From the NCBI GenBank assembly GCA_964016885.1, contig OZ024764.1, positions 12,772,001 to 12,836,000 on the forward strand: a DNA stretch of 64,000 bases, given 5' to 3'. Positions 51,331 to 64,000 of this stretch are shown here, in pieces. Within the stretch, counting starts at the first letter, position 1; each line of letters begins with the position of its first letter. The position numbers and the translations under genes were made by a program. The notes below the pieces were generated by a model. The model worked only from the letters and a program-made list of their open reading frames with translations. It was not told where the DNA came from and ran no database searches. The stretch comes from Eledone cirrhosa. Lineage: Eukaryota.

Positions 51331-52344
51331 CCCTTTATCATTTACATTACTCTATATATACTATTGTATTGTCACAGTAAAGGCTTTACCTCACATAATA
51401 TCCCACATAACATTTACATTACTCTATATATACTATTGTATTTTCACAGTAAAGTCTTTACCTCACATAATATCTCACATAACATTTACATTACTCTATA
51501 TATACTATTGTATTTTCACAGTAAAGGCTTTACCTCACATAATATCTCACATAACATTTACATTACTCTATATATACTATTGTATTTTCACAGTAAAGAC
51601 TTTACCTCACATAATATCTCACATAATATTTACATTACTCTATATATACTATTGTATTTTCACAGTAAAGGCTTTACCTCACATAATATCTCACATAACA
51701 TTTACAGTACTCTATATATACTATTGTATTTTCACAGTAAAGGCTTTACCTCACATAATATCCCACATAACATTTACATTACTCTATATATACTATTGTA
51801 TTTTCACAGTAATGGCTTTACCTCACATAATATTTACATTACTCTATATATACTATTGTATTTTCCTGGTAAAGGCTTTACCTCACATAATATCTCACAT
51901 AATATTTACATTACTCTATATATACTATTGTATATTCACAGTAAAGACTTTACCTCACATAATATCTCACATAACATTTACATTACTCTATATATACTAT
52001 TGTATTTTCACAGTAAAGGCTTTACCTCACATAATATCTCATACAATATTGAATTTGAGATTTTGATATTATTCATTTTGAGAACAATACCTTCACATAA
52101 GTATGAGAGGCCAATCATTTAAATGAAGCTCTAAGTTTAAAATGTACTCATGAAGAAATAATAGACAAATGATACAGATTCTTTTCTGCGATGTACACCC
52201 ATATGACACCTACCTAATTATTTCTTCTAGCCTGTAGACATTGACTAGACAAATAGTTAACTACACGGAATTAGTTACAGCTGGTTTGAACAGAAAGAAG
52301 TGAGAGAATGCTGGCCGGATATGGCCAGTTTAAATGCTAAAGGG
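51331..52344. mobile_element. piggyBac-like MITE with 72-bp array (about 10 units)
   Basis: TTAA-ccctttatcattta ... taaatgctaaaggg-TTAA. Confidence 0.85.
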
Positions 52345-52522
52345 TTAAAGGGTTCCAATCTAAATGAAAATTTTCCAACATTATTTCATAGAAGAACCTT
52401 ATGTTAAGTTAATAGTTTAGTAATGAAATAATAATTTTAGTAAATCCCTCAAAATTCTTCATTAACAATTTAGTTACCAATCCGGTTAAAACCGGTTCTG
52501 GTTCTATGAAATAAAGTCACGT

Positions 52523-52656
52523 GGTACTTTATTTTATCGACCTCATAAGGATGAAAGGCAAAGCTGAACTCAGCGAGATTTGAACTCAGAACGTAAAGGG
52601 CCATAACTATATGCCGCAAATCCTTTTGTCCAACGCTCTACCGGTACTGCCAATCC
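52523..52656 (-). mobile_element. Diverged SINE family B copy
   Basis: Family B consensus. Confidence 0.75.
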
Positions 52657-52865
52657 TTTCTGATTAAGGCACAAAGACAACAATTTTGGGAAAGGGAAAA
52701 GTCAATTAAACCGACAACAGTGTGATAAAAGCCGACCTTACCCAATTACACCTCTCAAAGTCAATGACACACGACCGTCACCACTGGCGTCACGCAGTAA
52801 TACAGAGTACCCGACCTCCCATGGGTACATGCTGAAGCATATAAACAATATGCCCCCACACCCTC

Positions 52866-53143
52866 CACCGTAAGGTGGTCGTGGAGGTGCCACGGCAAAA
52901 AAGCACCCAGCCCACACTGTGTAAAGTGGACGTGTAGGCGCCACGAAAAAGCACCCAGCACTCACTGTAAATGAGGTTGGTGTTAGGAAGGGCATCCAGC
53001 TGTAGAAATCAAGCCAGATCAGTTCCTGTATGAGCAAGGCATGGTCAGCCGACCAGACACTGCTCACAACAGGACAACCCGTCTAACCCATGCTAGCGTG
53101 GAAGAACGGACGTAAAACGGTGATGATGATGATGATGATGATG
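52866..53143 (+). mobile_element. SINE family A 3' part (2 units, long tail)
   Basis: Family A core and tail. Confidence 0.85.
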
Positions 53144-53272
53144 AGTGTGATATTGGTACTGATACAGGATGAAAGTCAAATCAGAATGTAAAAGGGCATA
53201 ACTATATGTTGCAAAGTAGAGTGTCCAATGTGCTACCCATCTTGCCAATACACAACCCTTAATAATAATAAT

Positions 53273-54062
53273 AATTGTTTCTACTTTTAGCACAAGGGCA
53301 GCAATTACCCAGTGCATTACTGGTACTTTATTTTATCGACCCCGTAAGGATGAAAGGCGAAGTTGACTTCGGCAGGATTTGAACTCAGAATGGAAAGGGC
53401 CGTAACTCTATGCGTCAAAGCATGACGTCCGACCCTCTACCGATACTGCCAATCCACCGCCCTTATAATAATAATAATTGTTTCTACTTTAGGCACAAGG
53501 CCAGCAATTACCCCAGTGCATTACTGGTACTTTATTTTATCGACCCCGTAAGGATGAAAGGCAAAGTCGACCTCGGCGGGATTTGAACTCAGATCGTAAA
53601 GGGACATAACTATGCTGGAAAGCATGGCGTCCGACCCTCTACCCATACTGCCAATCCACCGCCCTTATAATAATAATAATAATAATAACTAGCAGAATGG
53701 CCCGGCGTTGCTCGGTAAGAATTATAGAGAGAGATCGGTAAATCACGTAATGCGGTCCCTAGGACATTGAAAATTCGAAATTTCTTTTGCTCAAAACACT
53801 CACAGGACCATAAGTATTACATGTGTAAAGTTTGAAAACAATCAGTTGGGTGGTTCTCGAGTTTTAGTGAGCGGACAGACAGACATTCTCTGCTTTAGAC
53901 ATATAGACCAGCAATTACCCAGTACATTACTGGTACTTTATTTTATCGACCCCGTAAGGATGAAAGGCAAAGTTAACCTCGGCGGGATTTGAACTCTGAA
54001 CATAAAGGGCCGTAACTCTATGCTACAAAACATGGCGTCCGACCCTCTACCGAGACTGCCAA
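53273..54062 (-). mobile_element. Three tandem SINE family B copies (53273-53465, 53475-53667, 53908-54062) with (TAA)n tails
   Basis: Minus strand A-box-like TGGCAGTAT(C/G)GG and B-box GAGTTCAAATCC. Confidence 0.88.
53689..53907 (-). mobile_element. Short non-autonomous Helitron-like element
   Basis: Minus strand starts TC and ends CTAG, preceded by a GC-rich imperfect hairpin ccgagcaacgccggg; internal (GTCT)n. Confidence 0.65.
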
Positions 54063-55058
54063 TTCATAATAATATGACCAACATTCATAACAATGATGAT
54101 GATGATGATGACAAGGAGGAGGGGTAAGAATGCGGTGTCACAGGATGGTGGGAGGCATTTTGAATTACAAGGATTATGAATAAAACATATTATAGATGAT
54201 GTTGGTGATGATGATGATGGTGGTGATGGTGGTGATGATGGCTGTTGTGATGGCTGACATGTTGATAGTGATGATGATGATGATGATGATGGTGGTAATG
54301 GTGATAATGGTGATGATGATGGTGACGATAATGGTGATGGTGATGGTGGTGATGGTGTTGATGGTCGTGGTGATGATGGTGATGATGGTATTTGTGATGG
54401 CTGACATGTTGATAGTGATGCTGATGATGATGAAGATGATGATGATGATGATGACTATGATGATGATGATGATGACTATGATGATGATGATGGTGGTGGT
54501 GGTGACAATGATTGAATGGTCGAAATAAAGAAGAAAATTACATAAAGCAAACAAACAATCAAGCAAACAAACAAACAAACAAACCAGGAAACCTCAAAAA
54601 TAAAAAAAAATAAAAACACAAACAAAATAAGATCCCCCCTACCCTCCACCCTATGAAACCCCACCCCACTCCCCACACAAAATATTTGGTTAAAAATATT
54701 TTTGTAAACTTTGCTCCCATATCTTGTGTCATGGCTTACTGTATATATGTATAATATATACACATGTATGTATATATATGTGTGTGTGTGTGTATATATA
54801 TATATGTATAATATATACACATGTATGTATATATATATATATATAACATATATATATGTGTGTGTGTATATGTATATACATAACACATACATACATTTGT
54901 TATATATGTTTATACACATATGTATATATATATATATATATATATATGTTTAGCTGTCATTAAATGTTTGATGATGATGTATGTAAATATATACATACAC
55001 ATATATGATTTTTGGTATAAATAAATAAATATATATATATATATTTATATACACATTT

Positions 55059-55151
<93 letters not shown>

Positions 55152-55172
55152 TATATACATATATATGTATAT

Positions 55173-55271
<99 letters not shown>

Positions 55272-55589
55272 TATGCATATGACCATACACATGTAAACAC
55301 AGACATATAAACATATTTGCATATGTGGGTGTGTGTATATATATGTATATATGTATATATATACATATGTGTGTGTGTATATATATATATACATATGTGT
55401 GTGTGTGTATATATATATATACATATGTGTGTGTGTATATATATATATACATATGTGTGTGTGTGTGTATATATATATATACATATGTGTGTGTGAGATA
55501 CAGACACACACTCCTACATTTTTTAGTAACTGAGAGGCATTAAAGAATTTCGACAGATTTCACCCTGGAAGGAGAGATGGAAGAATACT

Positions 55590-56760
55590 CCACCACCATC
55601 ACTCCCATCACCACCATCACCAAGAACCCAAACAACCACTACACCATCACCGCCACCACTCCCATCACCATCTCCTCACCATCACCACCATCACCAAGAA
55701 CCCAAACAACCACTACACCATCACCGCCACCACTCCCATCACCATCTCCTCACCATCACCACCATCACCAAGAACCCAAACAACCACTACACCATCACCG
55801 CCACCACTCCCATCACCATCTCCTCACCATCACCACCATCACCAAGAACCCAAACAACCACTACACCATCACCGCCACCACTCCCATCACCATCTCCTCA
55901 CCATCACCACCAAGAACCCAAACAACCACTACACCATCACCACCACCACTCTCCTCACCATCACCACCATCACCAAAACCCAAACAACCACTACACCATC
56001 ACCACCACCATCACAAGCACAACAACAACAACACCATCACACCCACCAACAACAACACCAACACCACCAACAACACCCCCACCACACCAACACAACACCA
56101 ACACCAACAATCACACCAACAACAACCACACCACCAACAACAACCACACCAACAACACCCCCACCACACCACCAACAACAACCACACCAACAACACCCCC
56201 ACCACACCACCAACAACAACCACACCAACAACACCAACAACACCAACCAACACAACACCAACACCAACAACCACACCACCAACAACAACCACACCAACAA
56301 CACCCCCACCACACCACCAACAACAACCACACCCCCACCACACCACCAACAACAACCACACCAACAACAACACCAACCAACACAACACCAACACCAACAA
56401 TCACACCAAGAACAACCACACCACCAACAACAACCACACCAACAACACCCCCACCACACCAACAACACCCCCACCACACTAACAACCACACCACCAACAA
56501 CAACCACACCACCAACAACAACAACACCAACCAACACAACACCAACACCAACAATCACACCAAGAACAACCACACCACCAACAACAACCACACCAACAAC
56601 ACCCCCACCACACCAACAACACCCCCACCACACCAACAACCACACCACCAACAACAACCACACCACCAACAACAACCACACCAACAACACCCCCACCACA
56701 CCAACAACCACACCAACAACAACCACATCACCAACAACAACAACACCAACAACAACATCA
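55590..56760. repeat. ACC/AAC-based minisatellites (CCAAGAACCCAAACAACCACTAC units, then (CAA/CAC)n)
   Basis: Directly visible. Confidence 0.9.
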
Positions 56761-56929
56761 GAAACCTGAAAGATCCAGGGGTTTCCATGGAGCGGAAGGA
56801 AGAACGGAGACATATCCAAGAAAGATCCGAGGGACCCCAGAGTGGAGATGGGTTGGGTGTGACAAGTACTTGACAGAGCAGAGAACACAGTAGGGTATCG
56901 GTTTACTGTAACCCAAGACAGAGAGGCTG

Positions 56930-58770
56930 GGGGTGATGGTGGTGGTGGTGGAGGGTGTTAACATCTTGACTGATGTGGTGGTGGTGTTGGTGGTGTTGGT
57001 GGTGGTGGTGTTGGTGGTGGTGGTGGTGGTCTGGTGATGTGGTGGTGGTGTTGGTGGTGGTGTTGGTGGTGGTGGTGGTCTGGTGATGGTGGTGGTGGTG
57101 TTGGTGGTGGTCTGGTGATGTGGTGGTGGTGTTGGTGGTGTTGGTGGTGGTGGTGGTCTGGTGATGGTGGTGGTGGTGGTGGTGGTGTTGGTGGTGGTGG
57201 TGTTGGTGGTGGTCTGGTGATGGTGGTGGTGGTGTTGGTGGTGGTCTGGTGATGGTGGTGGTGTTGGTGGTGGTCTGGTGATGGTGGTGGTGGTGTTGGT
57301 GGTGGTCTGGTGATGTGGTGGTGGTGTTGGTGGTGGTCTGGTGATGTGGTGGTGGTGTTGGTGGTGGTCTGGTGATGGTGGTGGTGGTCTGGTGATGTGG
57401 TGGTGGTCTGGTGATGTGGTGGTGGTGGTGTTGGTGGTGGTGTTGGTGGTGGTCTGGTGATGGTGGTGGTGTTGGTGGTGGTCTGGTGATGGTGGTGGTG
57501 GTGTTGGTGGTGGTGTTGGTGGTCTGGTGATGTGGTGTTGGTGGTGTTGGTGGTCTGGTGATGTGGTGGTGGTGTTGATGGTGTTGGTGGTCTGGTGATG
57601 TGGTGTTGGTGGTGTTGGTGGTGGTGTTGGTGGTGGTCTGGTGATGGTGGTGGTGGTGTTGGTGGTGGTCTGGTGATGGTGGTGGTGTTGGTGGTGGTCT
57701 GGTGATGGTGGTGGTGGTGTTGGTGGTGGTGTTGGTGGTCTGGTGATGTGGTGTTGGTGGTGTTGGTGGTCTGGTGATGTGGTGGTGGTGTTGGTGGTGT
57801 TGGTGGTCTGGTGATGTGGTGTTGGTGGTGTTGGTGGTCTGGTGATGTGGTGGTGGTGTTGGTGGTGGTGGTGTTGGTGGTCTGGTGATGTGGTGTTGGT
57901 GGTGTTGGTGGTCTGGTGATGTGGTGGTGGTGTTGGTGGTGGTGGTGTTGGTGGTGGTGTTGGTGGTGGTCTGGTGGTGGTGTTGGTGGTCTGGTGATGT
58001 GGTGGTGGTGTTGGTGGTGGTCTGGTGATGTGGTGGTGGTGTTGGTGGTGGTCTGGTGATGTGGTGGTGGTGTTGGTGGTGGTGGTGTTGGTTTGTGGTA
58101 GTGATGGTGTTGGTGGTGGTGGTGTTGGTGGTGGTGGTGTTGGTTTGTGGTAGTGATGGTGTTGGTGGTGGTGGTGGTGGTCTGGTGATGTGGTAGTGAT
58201 GGTGTTGGTGGTGGTGGTGTTGGTGGTGGTCTGGTGATGTGGTGGTGGTGTTGGTGGTGGTGGTGTTGGTTTGTGGTAGTGATGGTGTTGGTGGTGGTGG
58301 TGTTGGTGGTGGTCTGGTGATGTGGTGGTGGTGTTGGTTTGTGGTAGTGATGGTGTTGGTGGTGGTGGTGTTGGTGGTGGTCTGGTGATGTGGTGGTGGT
58401 GTTGGTTTGTGGTAGTGATGGTGTTGTTGCATCTACTAAATCACCATAACCCCTACCACCACCACCACTACTACTACCACTACCACTACCGCCACTACTA
58501 CTACCACTACCGCCACTACTACTACCACCACCACTACTACTACCACTACCACCACTACTACTACCACTACCACTACCACTACCATTACCATTACTACCAC
58601 TACTACCACTACTACTACCACTACCACTACTACCACTACCACTACCATTACTACCACTACTACCACTACCATTACTACCACTACCACCACTACTACTACT
58701 ACTACCACTACTACTACTACCACTACTACCACTACCACTACCACCACTACCACTACTACCACTACTACTA
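56930..58770. repeat. (GGT)n with TCTGGTGATG punctuation, switching to (ACT/ACC)n at about 58440
   Basis: Directly visible. Confidence 0.93.
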
Positions 58771-59354
58771 ATTAGAATAATATTTGTCTTTGTTTTTTTT
58801 GTTGTTGAAAGGAAACACAACACCCTTGCCTTTATTTTGGGTAGATTTCACCCTCATTAACATAACTGTCTTCATTGTCAGCCTCATCAATATTATATAC
58901 ACACATATATACATACATGCATATATATATATATATATACACACATACACATAAATATATATATATATAAACGGAAAAAATGAAACAAAATTTCATTTCC
59001 CACTCTTAGTACGGCTGTTACTTAAATATATGTATACGTACATACATATATGTATACAGACGTACAGTAGTATGTATATATATATACATACATGCACACA
59101 TATATATATATGTACGTATGGATTCACCGAACATTTATTATAATGCTCGGTGTGTTTGTAAACAAACATCCCGAATTAAGCCGTACAGTGTCTAGCAACC
59201 ATCGTTGCTCGTTTGTTCAACACTGACACAGGAACGATGTACTAGTTTCAAGCTTGTTAGCTATCATCAGCAACGTATACCTTCCTGCCAGATGGTTGAA
59301 CGTCTGAAAGTATATACTTTCCTTATGCATATTAACGGCTGAGCAGCCTAATTT

Positions 59355-60410
59355 GCATAGTAGTTTGTTCCATGCTTCAGCAACTCTGAGCGTGAAAAAA
59401 TGTTTCCGGAAGTCATGGGAGGCTGTGCTGTTTTCTGACTCTGTAGGCATGCCCACGGGTGTTAGACACATGGAATTTAAAAAGGTGCTCAGGGTTGTTG
59501 TTGGAAAAATGGTTAATAATTTTGGGGGTGTCTACCAAGTCAGTTGCCAGACGTCGGAGCTTCAATGTATCCATGTCCAGGGAAGCAAGGTGTTCAGAGT
59601 ATGGTAGATGCTTGATGGAGGCTATTCGCTTGGTTGCACGTCTCTGAACAGTTTCCAGGAGGTCAATGTTCTCAGCAAGATAAGGGGTTCCACACTGGTG
59701 TTGCAAATTAGACACATGGAATTCAAAAAGGTTCTCAGGGTTGTTGTTGGCAAGATGGTTAATAATTTTGTGAGTGTTTACCAAGTCTGTTGCCAGACGT
59801 CAAAGCTTTAATATATCCAATGTTTCCAAAAGTCATGGGAGGCTGTGCTGTTTTCTGACTCTGTAGGCATGTCCACGTGTGTTAGAGACATGGGAATCAA
59901 AATGATGCTCAGGGTTGTTGTTGGAAAAATGGTTAATAATTTTGGGAGTGTTTACCAAGTCAGTTGCCAGACGTCAAAACTTTAATGTATCTAATGTTTC
60001 CAAAAGTCATGGGAGGCTGTGCTGTTTTCTGACTCTGTAGGCATGCCCACGTGTGTTAGACACATGGAATTCAAAAAGGTGCTCAGGGTTGTTGTTGGAA
60101 AAATGGTTAATAATTTTGGGAGTGTTTACCAAGTCTGTTGCCAGACGTCAAAACTTTAATGTATCCAATGTTTCCAAAAGTCATGGGAGGCTGTGCTGTT
60201 TTCTGACTCTGTAGGCATGCCCACGTGTGTTAGACACATGGAATTCAAAAAGGTGCTCAGGGTTGTTGTTGGAAAAATGGTTAATAATTTTGGGAGTGTT
60301 TACCAAGTCAGTTGCCAGACGTTGGAGCTTCAATGTATCCATGGCCAGGCAAGCAAGGTGTTCAGAGTATGGTAGATGCCTGATGGAGGGTATTTGCTTG
60401 GTTGCCAATG
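59355..60410 (-). mobile_element. Rearranged CR1-clade LINE 3' ORF2 fragments with a 174-bp tandem duplication
   Basis: Peptides LLETVQRRATK, LPYSEHL, LRRLATDL, TRGH and FFTLRVAEAWNKL. Unit starts at 59821, 59995 and 60169. Confidence 0.88.
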
Positions 60411-60504
60411 TTCAGAGCAAGATATGTGCGTCATTAGGAATGCGGTCATGAAAGGGTTAACAACATGTTAATATACTAATGTACCAAACAACTAACTAGC
60501 TGTT

Positions 60505-62060
60505 ACTACTACTACTACTGCTACTATTTCTACTACAACTACTACTACTACTACTACCACCACTACGACTACCACAACTACTACCACTACTACAACAGAG
60601 TAGACAGTAGGTGGTAGTGTAATACCAGTCCTGCCACTACTACCACCACCCCCACCACTACCACCACCACTACTACCACCACCACCATCACCACTACCAC
60701 CACCACCATCATCACACCACCACCACCATCACACCACTACTACCATCACCACCATCATCACACCACCACCACCATCACACCACTACTACCACCACCACCA
60801 TCATCACACCACCACCACCATCACACCACTACTACCATCACCACCACCACCAACACCACTACCACCATCACACCACTACTACCACCACCACCATCACACC
60901 ACCACCACCACCATCACACCACTACCACCACCATCAACACCACTACCACCAACACCACCACCACCACTACAACACAGTAGACAGTAGAAGGTGGTAGTGT
61001 AAGACCAATTAAGATGTTAAACACACAAATGGTGGTCAAGTGGTCCACCATTAATTTGTCCTGGCTATTCCTTCTTCTCCAGCCTTTAACAAGTGGACAG
61101 TTAAAGTATAATGGAATCAGTGATGCTGGTCAGTGGGATGTGACAATTGGTCACATCAGATATTGGGTGAGGTAGGTGTTGTGGTGGTGATGGTGGTGGT
61201 GGGGGTAGTGGTATTGGTGGTGGTGGTAGTGGTGGTAGTGATCTGATGGTGGTGGTAGTGGGGGGTGATGGTGGGGGTAGTGGTATTGGTGGTTGTGGTG
61301 GTGATGGTGGGGGTAGTGGTATTGGGTGAGGTAGGTGTTGTGATGGTGATGGTGGGGGTAGTGGTATTGGTGGTGGTAGTGGTGTGATGGTGGTGGTGGT
61401 GGTAGTGGTGTGATGGTGGTGGTGGTGGTAGTGGTGGGGTGGTGATGGTGGGGGTAGTGGTATTGGTGGTTGTAGTGGTGATGGTGATGGTGGGGGTAGT
61501 GGTATTGGTGGTTGTGGTGGTGATGGTGACGGTGGGGGTAGTGGTATTGGTGGTGGTGGTGGTATTGGTGGTGGTGATGGTGGGCGTAGTGGTATTGGTG
61601 GTGGTGGTGGTGGTAGTGGTGTGATGGTGGTGGTAGTGGTGGGGGTGGTGATGGTGGTGGTGGTGGTGGGGTTAGTGGTATTGGTGGTTGTGGTGGTGAT
61701 GGTGATGGTGGGGGTATTGGTGGTGGTGGGGGTAGTGGTATTGGTGGTGGTGATGGTGGGGGTAGTGGTATTGGTGGTGGTGGTGTTGATGGTGATGGTG
61801 GGGGTAGTGGTATTGGTGGTGGTGGTGGTGGTAGTGGTGGTGGTGGTGGTAGTGGTGGTGGTAGTGGTAGTGGTGGTAGTGGTGGTGGTGGTGGTAGTGG
61901 TGTGATGGTGGTGGTAGTGGTAGTGATAGGGGTGGTAGTAGTGGTGGTGGTGGTGGTGGTAGTAGTAGTAGTGGTGGTGGTGCTGCTGCTGCTGCTGCTG
62001 CTGCTGCTAGTGCTGGTAGTGGTGCTGGTGGTAGTGGTGAAGGTAGTGATGTGATGGTGG
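60505..62060. repeat. (ACC)n tract then (GGT)n tract flanking a short unique island (60990-61165)
   Basis: Directly visible. Confidence 0.9.
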
Positions 62061-62067
62061 TGTACTA

Positions 62068-62465
62068 TACTGTACATTGGCTAATGTAGTCCTAGATACA
62101 CTATGTCTCAATATAAGCTTGGATGGTCACAGTTGGAACATCTTTGATCATAGGTCTACTGGATCAGGACTGACCTAGGGCTAAACAACAACTATAGCCA
62201 CTAATACTAACTACTGTACTGTACATTAGATAATGTAGTCCTAGATATACTATGGTCACAGTTGGAACATCTTTGATCATAGGTCTACTGGATCAGGACT
62301 GACCTAGGGTTAAACAACAACCATAGCCACTAATACTGTACATTAGATAATGTAGTCCGAGATACACTATGGTCACAGCTGGAACATCTTTGATCATAGG
62401 GCTGACGAATCAGATCTGACCCGGGGCTAAACAACAACAACAACAGCAACAGCAACAGCAACAAT
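62068..62465 (+). repeat. Three tandem copies of a retroposon-tail-like unit ending in (AAC)n
   Basis: tgtacatt..taatgtagtcc..atggtcacagttggaacatctttgatcatagg..gacct.gggctaaacaacaac; weakly related inverted fragment at about 140-190. Confidence 0.75.
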
Positions 62466-63012
62466 AAAAACAGCCCTGGAAACAAGCCCCACCACACCTA
62501 CATACACACACATACCAATTTCATCAACAACCCCTAAAATGTAATTTAAAAAAACAACAACCCAAAACAGGTCCATGAGAGGTGAGGGAGAAGATTACAT
62601 GAGGTCATTAGAAAAAAAAAAAATGTTTCTTTTATAATAATTTTCAATAAAAGCAACACCTCGGCATCCGTCAGCACCCCTCACACAAACACATAAACCC
62701 TTTATGTCCCCTGAACCTCCACCCTGGCCTTAACACTTGCATACTTCACAAAGAATTCATTATGACACATGGTACTACTGAGTTCCATTACCGATATGAT
62801 TCATCAATGAAATAAATCAATTACCACTTTGATGCCAAGCTGGTCCCAAACCAGCTCAGGTTCTAGCAAACAAACCCTCCCATTTTTAAGGGTTTCTATC
62901 TCGGTTACTGTCCCCCCCAACATCATTTTATATAAAAACCAACCATCACTTAGTAATGAAAGGATTTTTGTAAATTCATCATCTGTTTTTATGAAATAAA
63001 ACCATGTTTTAA

Positions 63013-63451
63013 CCCTTTAGCATTTAAACTGGCCATATCTGGCCAGAATTCTCTCACCTCTTTCTGTTCAAACTGGACATAATTGGCCATTCATACTGAT
63101 GTTAAGGTATTGTTCTCAAAATAAATAATATCAAAATCTCATAGATTCGATATTTTGTGAGATAATTATGTGAGGTAAAATCCTTTATTGTGAAAATACA
63201 ATAGTATATATAGAGTAATGTAAATGTTATGTGAGATATTATGTGAGGTAAAGCCTTTACTGTGAAAATACAATAGTATATATAGAGTAATGTAAATGTT
63301 ATGTGAGATATTATGTGAGATAAAATCCTTTATTGTGAAAATACAATAGTATATATAGAGTAATGTAAATATTATATGAGATATTATGTGAGGTAAAGCC
63401 TTTACCATGAAAATATAACAATATATATAGAGTAATTCAAATCCTAAAGGG
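63013..63451. mobile_element. piggyBac-like MITE (opposite orientation) with about 4 units of the 72-bp array
   Basis: TTAA-ccctttagcattt ... aaatcctaaaggg-TTAA. Confidence 0.85.
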
Positions 63452-63697
63452 TTAAAGGGTTCCTATCTAGATTAATGTCTTCCAACATAATTTTATATAT
63501 AATATAATGAAAAATATTGTGTACAGTGCTCAGGTGCACTACAACTCATGAAAGGTGCATGTATAGTACATAGAATAATGTACAAATGTCAGGAAAAACT
63601 AACAATATGTTAAGTTAGTATCTTAGTATTGAAATGGTTTTAAAGGGTTCCTATTTCAGTTAATATCTTATAACATACCTTTATATAAAAATCAGAT

Positions 63698-64000
63698 CTT
63701 TGGAGTAACATTACTCGATAGAGTGCATAGCTCCTAGATCAGAGAGTCCCTCCACGTAGAACTGCTACTTCTCCAAATTGAGAGATCACAACTCCGATAC
63801 TACAGACATGTGGTTAGAATGTCTCAGGAAAGAATCTGAATTCAGAGATCACAGCTCTGATACTACAGACATGCGGTTAGAATGTCTCAGGAAAGAATCT
63901 CTGAATTGAGAGATCACAGCTCTGATACTACGGACATGTGGTTAGAATGTCTCAGGAAAGAATCTCTGAATTGAGAGATCACAGCTCTGATACTACAGAC
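63698..64000. repeat. Inverted second locus of the 65-bp array with its flank; runs off the window
   Basis: Reverse complement of 46488-47730. Confidence 0.92.

Overview
Eukaryotic, AT-rich, extremely repeat-dense genomic DNA. The SINE/LINE and (TA)n/(ACC)n landscape suggests a cephalopod, probably an octopus (inference). Nearly all ORF-track entries are translations of microsatellites or satellites. The real coding content is four phase-0 exons on the minus strand (50305-50159, 30200-30033, 18015-17788, 361-257). They splice in frame into a STPG2-like sperm-tail PG-rich repeat (SHIPPO/PGP-motif) protein with 12-20 kb introns; both ends of the gene appear to lie outside the window. The introns hold an RTE LINE fragment, a CR1-type LINE fragment, at least three SINE-like families, TTAA-flanked piggyBac-like MITEs with 72-bp arrays, a TA-flanked MITE, a Helitron-like element and several satellites (49, 51, 65, 72, 95, 122 and 174 bp units). 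Two features stand out. First, about ten short, mostly (TA)n-embedded and often fold-back elements carry hammerhead ribozyme cores; four fold into complete type I hammerheads, as known for Penelope-like elements. Second, a modular tRNA-headed SINE carries an expandable 49/51-bp unit forming two hairpins with GNRA loops and apparent compensatory changes.
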